Assembly: GCA_011109175.1 (NCBI GenBank)
Contig: RDEW01000035.1
Location: forward strand, 201,564-265,563
Direction: 5' to 3'
Source of the DNA: Dicyema japonicum
Taxonomy: Eukaryota > Animalia > Dicyemida
Length of the DNA stretch: 64,000 nt
Shown here: in pieces, positions 1 through 12,225 of the stretch
Layout: each line of letters begins with the position of its first letter
Position numbering within the stretch: position 1 is the first letter of the stretch
Made by a program: the position numbers and the translations under genes
The notes under the pieces: model-generated
Seen by the model: only the letters and a program-made list of their open reading frames with translations
Database searches by the model: none
What the model was told of the DNA's origin: nothing

Positions 1-1140
1 TTGTAATTGTATTAAGAGATTTTTAATGGGTTGGATTTTGTGTTCTGGTCCAATTGGAGTTTCAAGGACGATGAGCGTGATGCATGCTCACGATGGACTT
101 GCCATTGATCTCAATGCAATGAATATTACTGAATATGAGGATAGAACAGTTGAGAATTAATAATCTCATCAATCCCCTCGTTTTTCTTCAAAGCAAATTC
201 TTCTACGTTACTTTTAGGCCAGATGGGATTCAAAACCCACGCTTTGTGTGCACGACACTTTAGAAACTCGATACACTCGATTTCCCTTGAGACTATTATC
301 CACCAAAGAAGAATCAGATGCGAAGTAAATCCATTTTTAGAGGATGAAGACACGTTTCGTACTTCAGACAATTAAACACGTGACTTACTCGTTTAGTAGT
401 GGCGGAATTTTCCATAAGTTGACCGATACAAGCACAAAGGAACCGCATGAGATAGTCTACCACCAAGCAAGTCCACATTCAACATTCAAGGAACAGTAAG
501 TAAAGGTCCGATAATCAAAATCCTCTGAGTTAGGACGGTGTCTCCTCTCCTAATAAGGAGATGAAGTTAGTGAAGATTCTGAAATAGATAATGAAGAGAA
601 GCGGATGTCATTCTTAAAAATTTAAGGCCTAACTAATAATTCCTTTGCCCCACCTCAAGACAGGCTCTTCCAAGTTCCCCCAATATGGGTCAGACGGGAT
701 TCGAACTCAGATGTTGGCACATCCGATGCTTCCTTGTATTAAAAATTTCGCGTATCCAATCTCTCCTGAGTCCAATAAGAAGGACTAGAGGTTATATCCA
801 CATTGATGAGATGAAACCATTAAATGTACAAGAAATATTTCTGGAGAGTAATCTAAGTATGAACAACTTGCTTTGCTTGACGTTCTGACGCCAAGTTCTC
901 TAAGGTTCTCTAATCCCCCAAAGGCATCTGAAATACGCAACTCGGGGAAATCCATAACTATATGCGAGGATTTACCTGAGGCTCAAGAATGATTTGTTTG
1001 CTATATGTCCCTTCAAGTAAAAGAAATCAGTGACTAATAGAAAAGTGACTACCAAAAGCAAACGCTCCCACAGATAAGTCAGAAAAATCGAGTGCAGCGG
1101 GGAATTTAGAACGGTAGCCTTGCGATCGTCCCTTAACCAC
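1..1140 (-). mobile_element. Highly degenerate non-LTR retrotransposon RT relic, interrupted by a short repeat
   Basis: Minus strand reads GAFAFGSHF near 1040-1080, resembling RT motif xAFADD and the RTFAFGDK relic at about 26070; many stops. Weak. Confidence 0.3.
669..840 (-). mobile_element. SINE-like repeat, family C (B-box-containing)
   Basis: Minus strand has B-box GAGTTCGAATC; block TACAAGGAAGCATCGGAT..GTTCGAAT..GGGGGAACTTGGA is shared with 60722-60890 and partly 19570-19735. Confidence 0.55.
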
Positions 1141-1144
1141 TAAT

Positions 1145-1300
1145 TGATGTTCATCCCACCTTGGAAGCTATCTGAGACGGTTGGGTCCATGACGCTACTC
1201 ATGTAGAACGAAAGAAGAGATGGAATAGAGGGAAGGTAACCCTGGATTAAGTAGCAATCGGGAGGAATCGAACCCATTGAGAATTGTTAGAAACATCTTA
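1145..1300 (-). mobile_element. tRNA-derived SINE-like relic (family E)
   Basis: Minus strand TAGTGGTTAAGAT (A-box-like) then GGGTTCGATTCC (B-box), without a full cloverleaf; body weakly similar to 18830-18960. Confidence 0.4.
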
Positions 1301-1324
1301 ACCACTAATTATTCAATATTACGC

Positions 1325-1550
1325 ATCACAATAATCCAGCAGAAAGAATTGAGTGGGTGTTTCCCCTGACAACTGCTTTAGAACAGCCACTTGGTTTCCC
1401 GACGATCGATACTCACTTTCGATATCATGGACCCGTGATTTAGACAAGAGACTGCCTTGGGCCGAAGACTCCGCTCGTCTCGAGGACAATGGGATGTACA
1501 TGGAATCTGGTGGAGAAGCTGTCGCATTACCAAATTTTGGGATTCTCGAA
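1325..1550 (-). mobile_element. CRE-clade LINE 3' fragment (restriction-like endonuclease C-terminus)
   Basis: Alternative frame reads PIVLETSGVFGP...AVVRGNTHSILSAG, matching the C-terminus of the CRE copies at 13576 and 34034. Confidence 0.6.
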
Positions 1551-1691
1551 TGGTACATTATATTGTCAACTAATAATTTATTTGACCGATAAAATATTGT
1601 CTGTAAAAAAACAAAACCTAATTAGACTGAAAGCATTAATTTTTTGACAGTTTTAAGCTTCATTAGCATATTTTGTCAGTCTTAAGAATTT

Positions 1692-3420
1692 AATTATTAT
1701 TATTATTATTATTATTATCAGCACTGCCGAGAACACATAAAAAAACAAAAGTCAATTAAGGTTCCCTTGTGCCGCGCCGGCCACCCTTTGCACCAATCGC
1801 ATCCAAAGACCTCTCCGTTTCGCAAGATCTCTTAGTTCATCGAAGTCAACCATTGTTTTCAACTCCCTGCCTATGGCTTTTAGGTCCTCATTTAACGTGA
1901 TAGGTATGGTTGTTCTAGGCCTTCCTCGGAATGATTTTGTTTTTTCCATGAAATATTCATCTATTACGCGATTTGCTGGGACATCCAGGTCCATCCTCAG
2001 AATGTGACCGAACAGTCTCCATCTCGATCTTCTGATTTCCATGGATAATAGTTCTGTTTTGCTCAACTTATATAATTGTTCGTTTTTGATCTTCATTTTG
2101 TAGTGAATATTAAGTGCCTTCCGAAGCATACTGCGGTCGAAACTGTCAATAGACTCCATTGCCCGTTTAGACAAACCCCATGTCCCACAGTTATATATTA
2201 GGATGGGCACAACAAAGTATTTGTATATCATAAGCTTTATTTTTCCACAAAGTCTTCTTCCCGAACTCCATATTTTAGATAGGCTTCTGAAAGCACCAGA
2301 TGCAAGGATTTTCCGTCGAGCTACATCTTCCTCGTCCCCCAAGAGCGATCCGACCTTCTTATGTCTTCTCCACGTCTCGTCAGATATCCTCTCTGCACGG
2401 CTGAATGATGTAAATTCCGTTTTGTCAGTGTTTATCTTCAAGAACCATTTTTTGAAAATGTTAGGAAGATGTTCGTTATGTACTTGAGAAATTCAGAATC
2501 ATCCGATACAAAGTCCAGATCGTCTGCGTAAATCAACTCATAATATTGTCCTTTAATGGATAATCTGAAAATCCCTCAGTGCAGCCTCAAGATAAATAAT
2601 AAATAGAATAGGAGACAACGAATCCCCTTGTGGAACTCCCGAGTGGTTTTAAAAAAATTGGAAGCGGTATTTTCCGATTTTGACAGCCAGGTGAGTATCT
2701 TCTAGGAGCAAGGAAATAATTCTAACATCATCCGTATCTAGAAATGTATTCAGAATGTTAATAAGTAGTCCCCTGTGTACAGAGTCGAATGCACGACTCA
2801 TGTCGATCCCCAGAACTTCTATGCATTTTTTGTATTTCTGACATATAGCGCCAGACCATCTGTGCGTCCATACTATGTCGGCGGTTGATCTTTTTTCCCT
2901 GAAACCGCTTTGTCCAGGCGATAAGAATTTGTCGACTTTCCCTTTGATTCGATTTAATACAATGATAGAGAGGGTTTTCCGTAAGACCGATAATAGAATT
3001 ATTGGTCTTAGACTGTTTGCGGGACCTCTAGGTTTCCCAGGTTTTGGTATTGGAATTAGCCATCCTCTCCAATTCCAAGCTATGTTCGCCTTAAGAATTT
3101 AATAGCTGCGATAAACAGACTATCCTACTTTTGTAAAGCATTTGGACAGCATGTTACCTCTTCATGCCAAAGAAAATTCAACTTTGTGAAGCCGGCCCTT
3201 CGACAGTTTAGTAATTCTTTAATTTTGTCGTTGGTCATCTATAAAGCCAATATATCGAGCCAAACATCGATTATGGATTGCCACGTGTGGAACGAACCTA
3301 GCAAAACACACTTAAAGAATATCAAGGATTTCCAATCCTTAGTTATTGGATCTTTAATAAGTTTTTCACCTCCGTAATTGACCTTACCGCTTTTTGTAGG
3401 AAATAACACAGATCTAAGAT
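1692..3420 (-). mobile_element. RTE-clade non-LTR retrotransposon, 5'-truncated and frameshifted, with (TAA)n tail
   Basis: GVPQGDSLSPILFIIYLEAAL (~2590-2640), YADDLDFV (~2520-2545), thumb ORF 1752-2441 (KVGSLLG, ILIYNCGTWGL, RWRLFGHILRM, RGRPRTT), TAA microsatellite at 1692-1718. Confidence 0.9.
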
Positions 3421-3694
3421 GATGAAGTTACTGGGAGAGGCTGAGATACGTAATGCTCTCGCTCACTTAATTTGATGGTGATTTCTTGAAATAATAATGG
3501 AATGTCGCTCTCAAATCAATAAGCGATAATAGAATAAAATAAGTTATTTTCGGCTATTAGGAAATCCCTAATGTTCAATTTATAATTCCGAATGAAGTAT
3601 TACCCCATAAAATACAAATCCAGTATATCTACGTTAGCAGGATAGAGTAGTGTCATAAATGCAAAGATATCCAGATAGTTCCGGGAGCTGCTGT

Positions 3695-3780
3695 TCATTC
3701 CTGTTGAACGTTATACGCATCTACGATGCTTCGAGGACTGACGAGTGACCGTCGTCAATGAATTCCACACTACAGAGCCG
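3695..3780 (+). mobile_element. Family A SINE, partial core
   Basis: GCATCTACGATGC..TGACGAGTGAC shared with 29482-29730. Confidence 0.5.
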
Positions 3781-4018
3781 AAATTTCTGCTATACTTAAG
3801 CATTACGAGTCGCTGAGAATAAAGGAGGACTGATTGTTAAAAGAAAAAAACCAAAAAGGGTACAACTGCCCCAAAAAACAGCTATATTAGTAAGTAACCC
3901 TAAATCTTGATTTATAAGTAAATCATAGCAACACAATTAAACCCTAACAAGAATACAAAACAAAATAGATAAGGGACATTAGAAAGACAAATTAAGAATT
4001 ACGCACTTAAACCATTCC

Positions 4019-5311
4019 CTACACTAAGACACCACAACTACCATTGACACGACGTCTAGCCTCCTTCAGCACTCCGTATTTGTGGTCAATATCCTTTACA
4101 GCATCAACGATAAAGTTTATCATAGCCAAAGCCCGTCTCACATTCTTTTGTAGTCCACAGATATTCAGCTCTATTCCGTCTTCAGTATCTTTCACACCAA
4201 GGTCCATAACAAAGCTCCTGTCAACTACCTTCCTGATATTCCTATTTTCTTCCCCGAAAACGCTTCCTACGGTCACAAATCAACAATTACTTGCATATCG
4301 GCGGTCCAGCACATATAACTCCCGGACATAAGTCAGCTGTGCGCAAGCATCCCTCAGCCCTTCCTTGGTATTAGCATACACGTGGATGAATCCAGTGCTT
4401 TCGTCAACTCGAATGTCCACCACGCCTTCCAGGTTCCGCACACGGTTTATATTCCTACCCTCCTTTCCAATCACGTATTTTATATGTGACGAGGCCACGG
4501 GAATCTTGTCACAGAATAGCCCAGCCATTTCTTCGTCGGCCTTAAGCAATCTGGCTCGGCAGGAACGGATCTGCTCTCCCAGTCGCTGTTCCTTCTTCAC
4601 AAAACGAAAGAAGAACTCAATAACTCCAAGAACCCGTCCGAGATCATCCGAACATCCAGTCTGACGGTTATTTATAAACTTACTATCATAACCAAGTGAC
4701 CATCAATATAATTCAGACTGAATTTGTCACACATACGCTCTTAAGACGTGCAAGGTTTTCGTCTGTCTTCACACTTGAAATTAGAGCACGTGTTACCCAT
4801 CACGAATAGACGTTGGGACAGATATTGCAAAGAAGTGATAACGAGGCGCCGATGAGTTGTTCATCGGAAGACTACAGTAAGGAATAATCATACTTTGTAT
4901 TAGGGACACGGGATTCGTCTTTCACATAAGACGGCTTGGCGACTACACAGGCTGGAAGTTTCTTCACGGTAAAAAATTCTCCGCGCACATCATCAACCGT
5001 GACCATGGTCCAGGCTTTCACAGCCTCCTCTTTTAATTCCACACATAGCTCAATTTCAGACCCAGACGTGATTTCAGTCATTGGGGCAGTTTGAATTGGC
5101 ATTCTACACTGACTGAATGGGTATTTGGCAGTAGAAAGTCCGCTGCAATAAGTCAAAGTCATACTTATCAAACGTGACCAGGATACATTGCTCTACTATT
5201 GATCTGACATAAGCCTAAAAGATATTAAAACTATTTGTATGATACCTTCACCCAGACGTTGGGTTTTGGAGCCACCTCCACTTCAAAAAGACCAACCAGC
5301 TCGCTGTACAT
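4019..5311 (-). CDS. FMR1: Fragile X family RNA-binding protein (2 Agenet/Tudor + KH domains), 7 exons, one apparent 1-nt frameshift
   Basis: Exons 5311-5246, 5214-5165, 5142-4894, 4871-4797, 4773-4684, 4660-4291, 4266-4019 (GT-AG introns 31,22,22,23,23,24 nt). Gives MYSELVGLFEVEVAPKPNVWVK|AYVRSIVEQCILVTFDN..., WTMVTVDDVRGEFF, KH1 IGKEGRNINRVRNLEGVVDIRVDE, colinear with recalled FMR1/FXR. Exon sum 1148 nt is one base short of 3n (break near 4735-4745). Symbol denotes the family, not a specific vertebrate paralog. Confidence 0.88.
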
Positions 5312-5789
5312 AACAATATGACCACGTTAAAATTATTTTTGAATTTATTATTTAGGTTCTCCAGAATAAAATTATAATTTTAAATAAAAATTTAATATTA
5401 TTAAAATTATTGTAAAATTAGTTTAATATGAAATTTTGAATAATTTTTATATAACACATTTTATTAAAATATTTTCAGTTAATTTATTAAGGCATTTCTA
5501 ATTATACAACAAATTGATGTAATTTGAATTAAATTCAGTCACGTTAAATTTTATTTATTCATATTTGATTTGTCTAGTTAAATGACTTCCTTCCTTAATT
5601 ATACTTCCTTTCCAAATTTAGAAAAAATCTTTCAAGATAATCTTTCTTCTATTATTGGTGGTGAGCACGTGTTCTATCCGGCTCGATTTTGTTTAATGAT
5701 AACAATTATTAATTATGCTAATTATCTTTGAACGTTTAATTTATTTGTGCTTTCTAATTTTTATTCTTTTTTTCAAGCAACTTAATAAC

Positions 5790-6050
5790 AAATCGCCTGC
5801 GGTTGCCAAGGGACAGTGGACATTGCGGGGGACGATGGCTATTCCAAAGCGCCTTGAGTGTCTGGTTTCCAATCTTCCCGGGTAAGTTGAAAGGTTTGCT
5901 AAGGACTGATAGCGTCGCCTTTGGCAAAAGGTTGAGGGCTTAGTTCATTAGTAACCAAGTTCACTCATATCTCCCAGAGCTGTACCAACTATTGTCACTA
6001 TTGTCTGAGATTGGACTTTCAATTACGGACCCTAAGCTTCGTGTTATAGA
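5790..6050 (-). mobile_element. CRE-clade LINE 3' fragment
   Basis: Minus strand ends RRFGIAIVPRNVHCPLATAG, homologous to QRIGIAVIRGNAYSVMSAA of other CRE copies. Confidence 0.5.
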
Positions 6051-6332
6051 TAAGAGTCTGTACCAAAATGACCTACTCATGGTCCCGAAAACAATAATTT
6101 CGTAAATTCAAGCGATCAGGGACTAAAAGACGTCATTAAAATTAGATTCTTATTTACAAGTAATTAGAAGTGTTAGTCACAGGAAATATCAGCACTCTGA
6201 TGAGGAACTAGAGGAAGATGAATCAGAAGATGAGCTTGACGACGAAGAACCGGGAGAAAATATAGCACTCGCAATACCCTTTCCAATTTCTTCAAAGACA
6301 TCTATAACATCCTTATCAGCTAAATTCAGCAT

Positions 6333-6605
6333 TTAAGGCATACTAAAATGACATGAAGACGAGTGTCCATCGGATGACGGTTCACTGGGAGATACAGTTC
6401 TTTCCTTCCGAATGACAGTAATGCCATTAAATTTAGATTTTATAAATTCTTCATATTCTTCTTTAATGATGATGTGGGTGCTGTCCAAATCAGTGACTAT
6501 AAATTTTTCAAGGTCATCCGACTCCTCATTTAACTTGACAATTTGGCGTTTTGTCTGTTTATCACATTCTATGACTAATCCTCCCATATCTTTAGTGTTT
6601 GGCAT
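6333..6605 (-). CDS. GTF2H5: TFIIH subunit TFB5/p8; possibly spliced to a Ser-rich tail ending at 6189
   Basis: GLVIECDKQTKRQIVKLNE...KFIVTDLDSTHIII matches recalled GTF2H5 GVLIECDPAMKQFLLYLDE...KFIIQDIDDTHVFV. Confidence 0.82.
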   Translation of the reverse strand: MPNTKDMGGLVIECDKQTKRQIVKLNEESDDLEKFIVTDLDSTHIIIKEEYEEFIKSKFNGITVIRKERTVSPSEPSSDGHSSSCHFSMP

Positions 6606-6699
6606 ATTAGCTAATAAAACTGATGCAACAAATATATTATTTTTCTAAAAAAATTGAATTTAAAAATATATTGCGACCAAAGAAATTCACAATTTTGTG

Positions 6700-7200
6700 A
6701 TAAATTTGTATTAATTTTTCCAGAAAATTATTGTGACGGACGAGGTTGTGTCGGCTCTCCAATCTTCAGTAACATCACCAGAACTATCCGCTGGAGAAAG
6801 GCGGAGAAGGCTAAAGGGAAGAAGGACCAAAGTTTCTTAACCGGTTCACTTTCCATGTGTTTTATGTTGAGTCACAAGTAGGAAGTCTTCGTCTTTGCTC
6901 AAGAACCTGGGACGTCTGGCCCAGTCAGAATGACTTCCATTTGTTTTAGAAATAGTGTATTACAAATAATATTGAGTACCTCTTAGCTATTCCCCCAATC
7001 TGTTGCATACTGGTGCTACTCGGGAGACATGAGAACTTTGGCTAAAGTTCTTCCATTTCCATCTCCTAAAATCACGAAGAGATCAATATTGGGGTCTACG
7101 GCAATCAAGGTGAATCCTAGCATCATCGCACATTCCTTCAGCTTTCTTGTTGCCAAAGTTGACCCAAGATGGTAAAACGTGGCTCTCTAAGAAAGTCACA
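6700..7200 (-). mobile_element. LINE AP-endonuclease relic
   Basis: LFVILGDGNGR resembles APE motif IxxGDFNA; many stops. Confidence 0.4.
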
Positions 7201-7908
7201 TCTTATTTATCCCCCAATCGGTAAGTTATAAATGAAAAACAAGACAAGCATAGAATAATTATTATTGACAACATTCACATAGTAACTGTCATCCTATACG
7301 TTCTGGTTTCTACAGGTGTGTGTAGCCTTACATCATCTCATCCATGCTCGAGAGAAGTAAAAAAGACAAGGGCTTTCGTCCACCACAAAGCTATGGAGAC
7401 ATTTCATGCAATAAAAGCACGTGAGAAACTTGTGAGTCGCTGAAATTCAATACAGTACATCCGAAATGATTTCTGCACACAAAAAAACCACAAAACCGTA
7501 CATAGGACATAACCATCAAGATTACATTTGATAAAGTTGAAAATAAGAGTTAGAATCTAGCCTAACCCAAAATTTCGAGTTCGCTCCCCCAAAAAATTTA
7601 AAAACCAATTTCTCACCACGATTTTTAAATCTAACAGAATTCGAATTTTATTCACAAAATTAGTTAGATTCCTTAAGAATTTTCCTGCTTTTAGTTTTAA
7701 TTAATTCTTCGAAACTCGGTTTTTTGTTTGCTAGTGCAATTCGTCTCAGGGTTAAGAGCGTTTTGGTACTTATTTTTATAATAGTAGAGATGAAAATCCA
7801 GATTCACAGCCAAGTTATTGAAAGAATTTATCGAATCAATATTTTCAATATCATCGATAATTATTTCCATTTCATAGGAAATATCGTCATTTTCATTCTC
7901 TAATTCAA

Positions 7909-8490
7909 CAACACCAATGTCGCTGTGAAGGGATCGTCGATGCCAAAGGGCTGCACCCGCTCTCGTGCAAAAGGAGCGCGGGCAGAGCACCCCGCCATGC
8001 TGCTATGAACAACATTGTCTTGCGAGCTCTTGAAGCGGCAGGCTTCCCGGCAGTACTGGAACCTGTGGGATTGGACCGCGGAGATGGGAAAAGACCGGAT
8101 GGGTTAACTATCTTTCCGTTCACTGAGGGAAAATCGCTCGTATGGGACTGCACTGTTGTGGATTCTTTCTCGAACTTGATGATGCTCAGCTCGGCGCAGT
8201 CTGCTGGATCGGCAGCTGATCTGGCCGAGAAAATCAAGATTAAAAAATATGGCGAAATTGGAGACCGCTAGCTAGACAATCGAGACGTCTGGTGCGGCTG
8301 GAAATATTACAGCCTCTTTCCTAAAGGAAATCGAGGGAAAATTGGCCCACCGCAAGAAAGACGTGCGGGAAGCGGTCTGAGGCAAAGAATTGGTATCGCA
8401 GTTGTTCGCGGAAACGCTTACTCCGTGATGTCAGCAGCCGCTCTCCCCCATAGTTAATAAATAATATTTTATTGTTAATAAATTTTTGAT
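7909..8490 (+). mobile_element. CRE-clade LINE 3' fragment (young subfamily)
   Basis: CRCEGIVDAKGLHPLSC zinc knuckle, RHAAMNNIVLRAL, EPVGLDRGDGKRPDGLTIFPF, LVWDCTVVD; small internal deletion near 8270; AT tail TTAATAAATAATATTTTATTGTTAATAAAT; near-identical to 13545-13910. Confidence 0.9.
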
Positions 8491-8529
8491 ATACCGAAAA
8501 AAAATTCAACATATGCGACATTGCTTTAT

Positions 8530-9200
8530 TCAGATTTTTCTGCTAAAATAGACTGTAGCCTTGAATGCAAAAAATCAAGATGCCATTTGCAAAACACATT
8601 CCCAACTTGGCCGTTTTAGATAACCTTTTGGTGTAATTTCTTTGACAGACATCCACTTATCCCACTCATTTCTCAAATATGACTTGAATGCAGAATTAAC
8701 TCTTACATCCAGCGGTTGAAGATGTGGAGTGTTTTGCAGGTATAAACAATAAACAGTACGTAAGTATTCATTTTTAGTTCGTTAATTATAGATTCCTTTT
8801 TATGACTTCCAAAAAATCCATAATAAAGACTTTTTATTCAAAAAATTTCCTCTTTTCGAAAAACAACTGTGTACCCAGTATTTCATTAGAAAATCGTTCA
8901 TAGAACCTTCGTAAGTTAATGAATAGATAAACCTCCTTCAGACCCAACAGTAATATTTTTGGAATTTTACATTTAGGAACTTTTTGAGACCTTTCAAAAT
9001 AATAAGACTCTGAACAATCTTCCTGCTGCAGATATGCATAATACCACAGTGAATCAGGTTTTTCCGTGTCCTGTTCAACATGCTTCAACATTTTTTTCAC
9101 CAATAAACGAAATTTTTGACGATCCAATCATATAAAAATAAACTGGAGTCTCGTCCATATTAAATAAGTTTCTGGTTCATAGTCCTCAGTTGCTAACTTT
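8530..9200 (-). pseudogene. pogo-family DDE transposase relic
   Basis: LFNMDETPVYF, TGHGKT*FTVVLCISAAG, and TPHLQPLDVRVNSAFKSYLRNEWDKWM..TPKGYLKRPSW are diagnostic pogo motifs; stops and frameshifts present. Confidence 0.82.
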
Positions 9201-9289
9201 GACGCGAGAAAATAATCTGATAGCCAGTCCTTTTAATCTTCGATAGTCTATTATCTTGTTGGCCTACATGTGTCAGTCGTATACTTGTC

Positions 9290-9860
9290 AGGTGATGTCT
9301 TTTACAGAAATTGAAATCTATTATCAGAAAGGTTGGCTAGCTTCTAGGAGACTCTGAAGATGTAGTAGGAAGATCCTTGCTATTAGTGCATTGAAAAAAT
9401 ATCGTCAATATGGAGCCACAAGATGAAGATAGGACTAGGCTTAGAATATACAAAGCTTTTGTCATCCCGGTACTAACCTACAACTCTGGGACTTGGGGAA
9501 TCTCTAAACGGGAAATGACCGTCTTGACTTCCACAGAGCTCAGCTTCAATCAAGATCAACTGGCCTATGAAGATCTCTAATGAAACTTTATTAAATTGGT
9601 GATGATATTTTCAAATCAAATGGAGCTCTTTGGCCACGTGTTACGTCTAAATGACCAGGTCCTCGCAAATGTCCAATGGACAATTACTTCGCACACACAG
9701 GAGCCGGATTCCGCGAAAGGCCAAGAACGACACTTCCGATTATCTTGGCGGACGACCTGAACCACCTAAGAGAACTTGCGCGCAACAGAGGATCATGGTG
9801 GAGGCTGACGGAAAGGATGGTGATTCTGAATACGGCACAAGGGAAACTTAACTAATTTTA
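9290..9860 (+). mobile_element. RTE-clade LINE 3' fragment
   Basis: Nucleotide-level similarity to 40090-40490 (TTTTGTxATCCCGGTACTAAC..AACTCTGGGACTTGGGGAATCTCTAAACGGGAAATG) and protein similarity to ORF 1752-2441. Confidence 0.8.
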
Positions 9861-10249
9861 TGTTTTCTCGGAGTGCTTTTTGATGATAATAATTTATCAG
9901 AACATTTAAACTCAGAAATTTTTAAATCTCCTATCAATGAGCATATGATTTCTCTTAAACGTCGGTAGCTCACAATTGTATTGTAGGTAATCTTTTAGAT
10001 TTTATTCATTCAAACAGTTTTTTTTTCAATTTCAGGAAAAAATGCTTTTTTCTTCCAGAAGTTCCTAAATAAGCCCATGGGCCTATTTTCGGAAGGCTTA
10101 TTTTCAGAAAACCCCGGTAATCATGATGTTTGAAATTATTTCTCGCACCCCAATCGGGAAGCTCTGCTATAGACACTATGAAAAAAACCATTTTCTATTA
10201 AAATTTTCTGAAATCTCAGTGGTTAGAGAGTCTCCAGTCAATCTTAATA

Positions 10250-10566
10250 TTAAATACTTTTCTCGAGAGCCATATTACCTATTCTCCGGCCATACAGGAT
10301 ACACACTTTATTAAAGTAAAGGACAGTTATTATGACTAATCGTAGAAAGAGTGGAAAAACCTTGAATAATCTTCACTTCTATTTTTATTTCTGTTGCGTG
10401 TGATTCCTTTATAGACGATCCGGTTACGCAGTGAAGTATTCTCTGAAGACGTCACTCGTCAATCCAAAGCATCGTAGATATGTGGAACCTTCAGCCGGAA
10501 TGTACAGCCGTGAGATTTGAACCATGGGCCATCAGGCCTTTGCCGACATGACACTACGCCATCCAT
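10250..10566 (-). mobile_element. Family A tRNA-derived SINE
   Basis: Minus strand A-box TGGCGTAGTG, B-box GGTTCAAATC, core GGTTCCAC..ATCTACGATGC..TTGACGAGTGACG..CACTGCG and 3' TAATAAAGTGTGT shared with 29482 and 15740 copies. Confidence 0.75.
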
Positions 10567-10721
10567 GTTTAATATTTAAAAACAAAGAAATAATCGCATG
10601 CAATTAAATAAGAAGAAAACATGTTTAATGTAACAATAAATTTAGAAAATTATTTTATTTATTAAATTAAAATTAGAAAAATTTAAATTTTATGATAATA
10701 TAATTTTTGAACTTATCAACC

Positions 10722-11327
10722 ATGCAGTTTATCTCAGTCGATCCTAATTCATTATACTTTAATGGTATTAGATATTTTTTACCCACAGAAGATAGCAGAA
10801 AGCTCCAAAGTTCAAAGGTTTCAATAACAAGCATCAGTCACTTTCCTGTAATCTTTAAAGTGAGAGTTACTTCCCCCAATGGTTACAAAGTTTGTCCCTC
10901 TAAAGGATTTTTGCTGCCTAAAGAAAAAAAAGTAATTTCTGGTACTTAAAATTTTCATTACTTAGTCACTTACAAAGGCGGGCCCCTCAATAATGACAAA
11001 AACGACAGGTTACTGTTTCTCGCAAATTCGGGGATCGACATAGATTTCAATTGGGACGTCGCTCGTAGGGACAGAATTCAGAGGAATATCATTGACATTA
11101 CGTTTCAGTCAAAAACTGAAGAAGAAAGTGATTCAACCTCTAAGGAGGAACTTATCTCGACTGAGCCATCGACCATTAAAACACTTCCCTTTGAATCTCT
11201 CAAATCATTGAGCTATAGTAGACCCTCCCCCACTAATACCACGTTTGCTCCACGAATATATATTGCGATTTTATTTTTGTGTGTAATATTTTTTTGTTGG
11301 GGATACAATATGAGGAGCTGTAGTTGA
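10722..11327 (+). CDS. MSP-domain, tail-anchored VAP-like protein (185 aa), 3 exons
   Basis: Exons 10722-10764, 10789-10941, 10966-11327 (two 24-nt GT-AG introns; 558 nt, open). PVIFKVRVTSPNGYKVCPSKGFLLP is the MSP signature (FKVKTTxPxxYxVxPxxG); C-terminal hydrophobic IYIAILFLCVIFFCWGY. Confidence 0.82.
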
Positions 11328-11379
11328 AATTGATTTTTATTACATAACGATTGTTTAGTTATTTATTTGAATTGATTTT

Positions 11380-11950
11380 GAATGATTCTTCTAAGACTTT
11401 CATTCATTAATAATCCGGATAGGGATCGGTTTCACCGCGACTGTCCTAGAAGGCACTCGTATACGATACACTATGAAGATCACAGGCAAAGTTATACAAA
11501 TTATGTTACACCGAACCGCTTTCGATTGAAAACCGATGATCGAGATGGAGACTGTTCGGACAGATTTTGAGGATGGACTTGGACGTACCAGTAGATAGTG
11601 TGATGAAGAATATTTCATGGAACAAAAAGATCATTCACAAGAAGGCACAATACAACTCCACCTTCCATGTGAAATGAAGAGTTAAAGGGCGTCGGCGGAA
11701 AACTAAAATAGAAAGCTTCATATGATCCTTTTATCTCAGTTAACTCAGTTCTAAACTTAGCGAAGAGGGTTATTGGTGTCTCCCACGCCATTGGAGAAGC
11801 TTCATACTGCAAGGACCGGATGCTTGTCCACTCAAAGAACCAATTATCTTTATATAGCGTAAATTTGAAGAGATCCTTATAACCTACTCTTACTTGCTAT
11901 TGACTATATTTTCATTGTCCGTGAACTTGCAGTCATACGTTCGTAAAATC
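11380..11950 (-). mobile_element. LINE AP-endonuclease relic
   Basis: EGGVVLCLL and IICITLPVIFIVYR resemble APE GGGV and xxYRPP motifs; fragmented. Confidence 0.33.
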
Positions 11951-11999
11951 ACTAAAATATTAAATTACAATTCAAGCGAGTAAGCGTGCTTCCTTCAGT

Positions 12000-12225
12000 T
12001 CAATTGTTTGGATCCAGTAGCCACGGTCACAGAAGCAGAAAATCCTTCCAATGTCATACAAGTCTATTCAGAATCAACAGAAAGTTAAGGAAACGTCCAG
12101 TTCTTGCAGTTGTGGAAACCCCTTTCAGTGGAATAAAGAGCAAATGATCCTACCACCCTGACACTGAACGCTTCTTAAAAAGTGGATTACGACACCACTT
12201 TAGAAGAAGAAATGAAGAAAAGTTG
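12000..12225 (+). repeat. Family B dispersed repeat, diverged copy
   Basis: TTGCAGTTGTGGAAACCCC..CAGTGGA..AGAGCAAATGATCC core shared with 24885, 33460 and 35772 copies. Confidence 0.65.
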
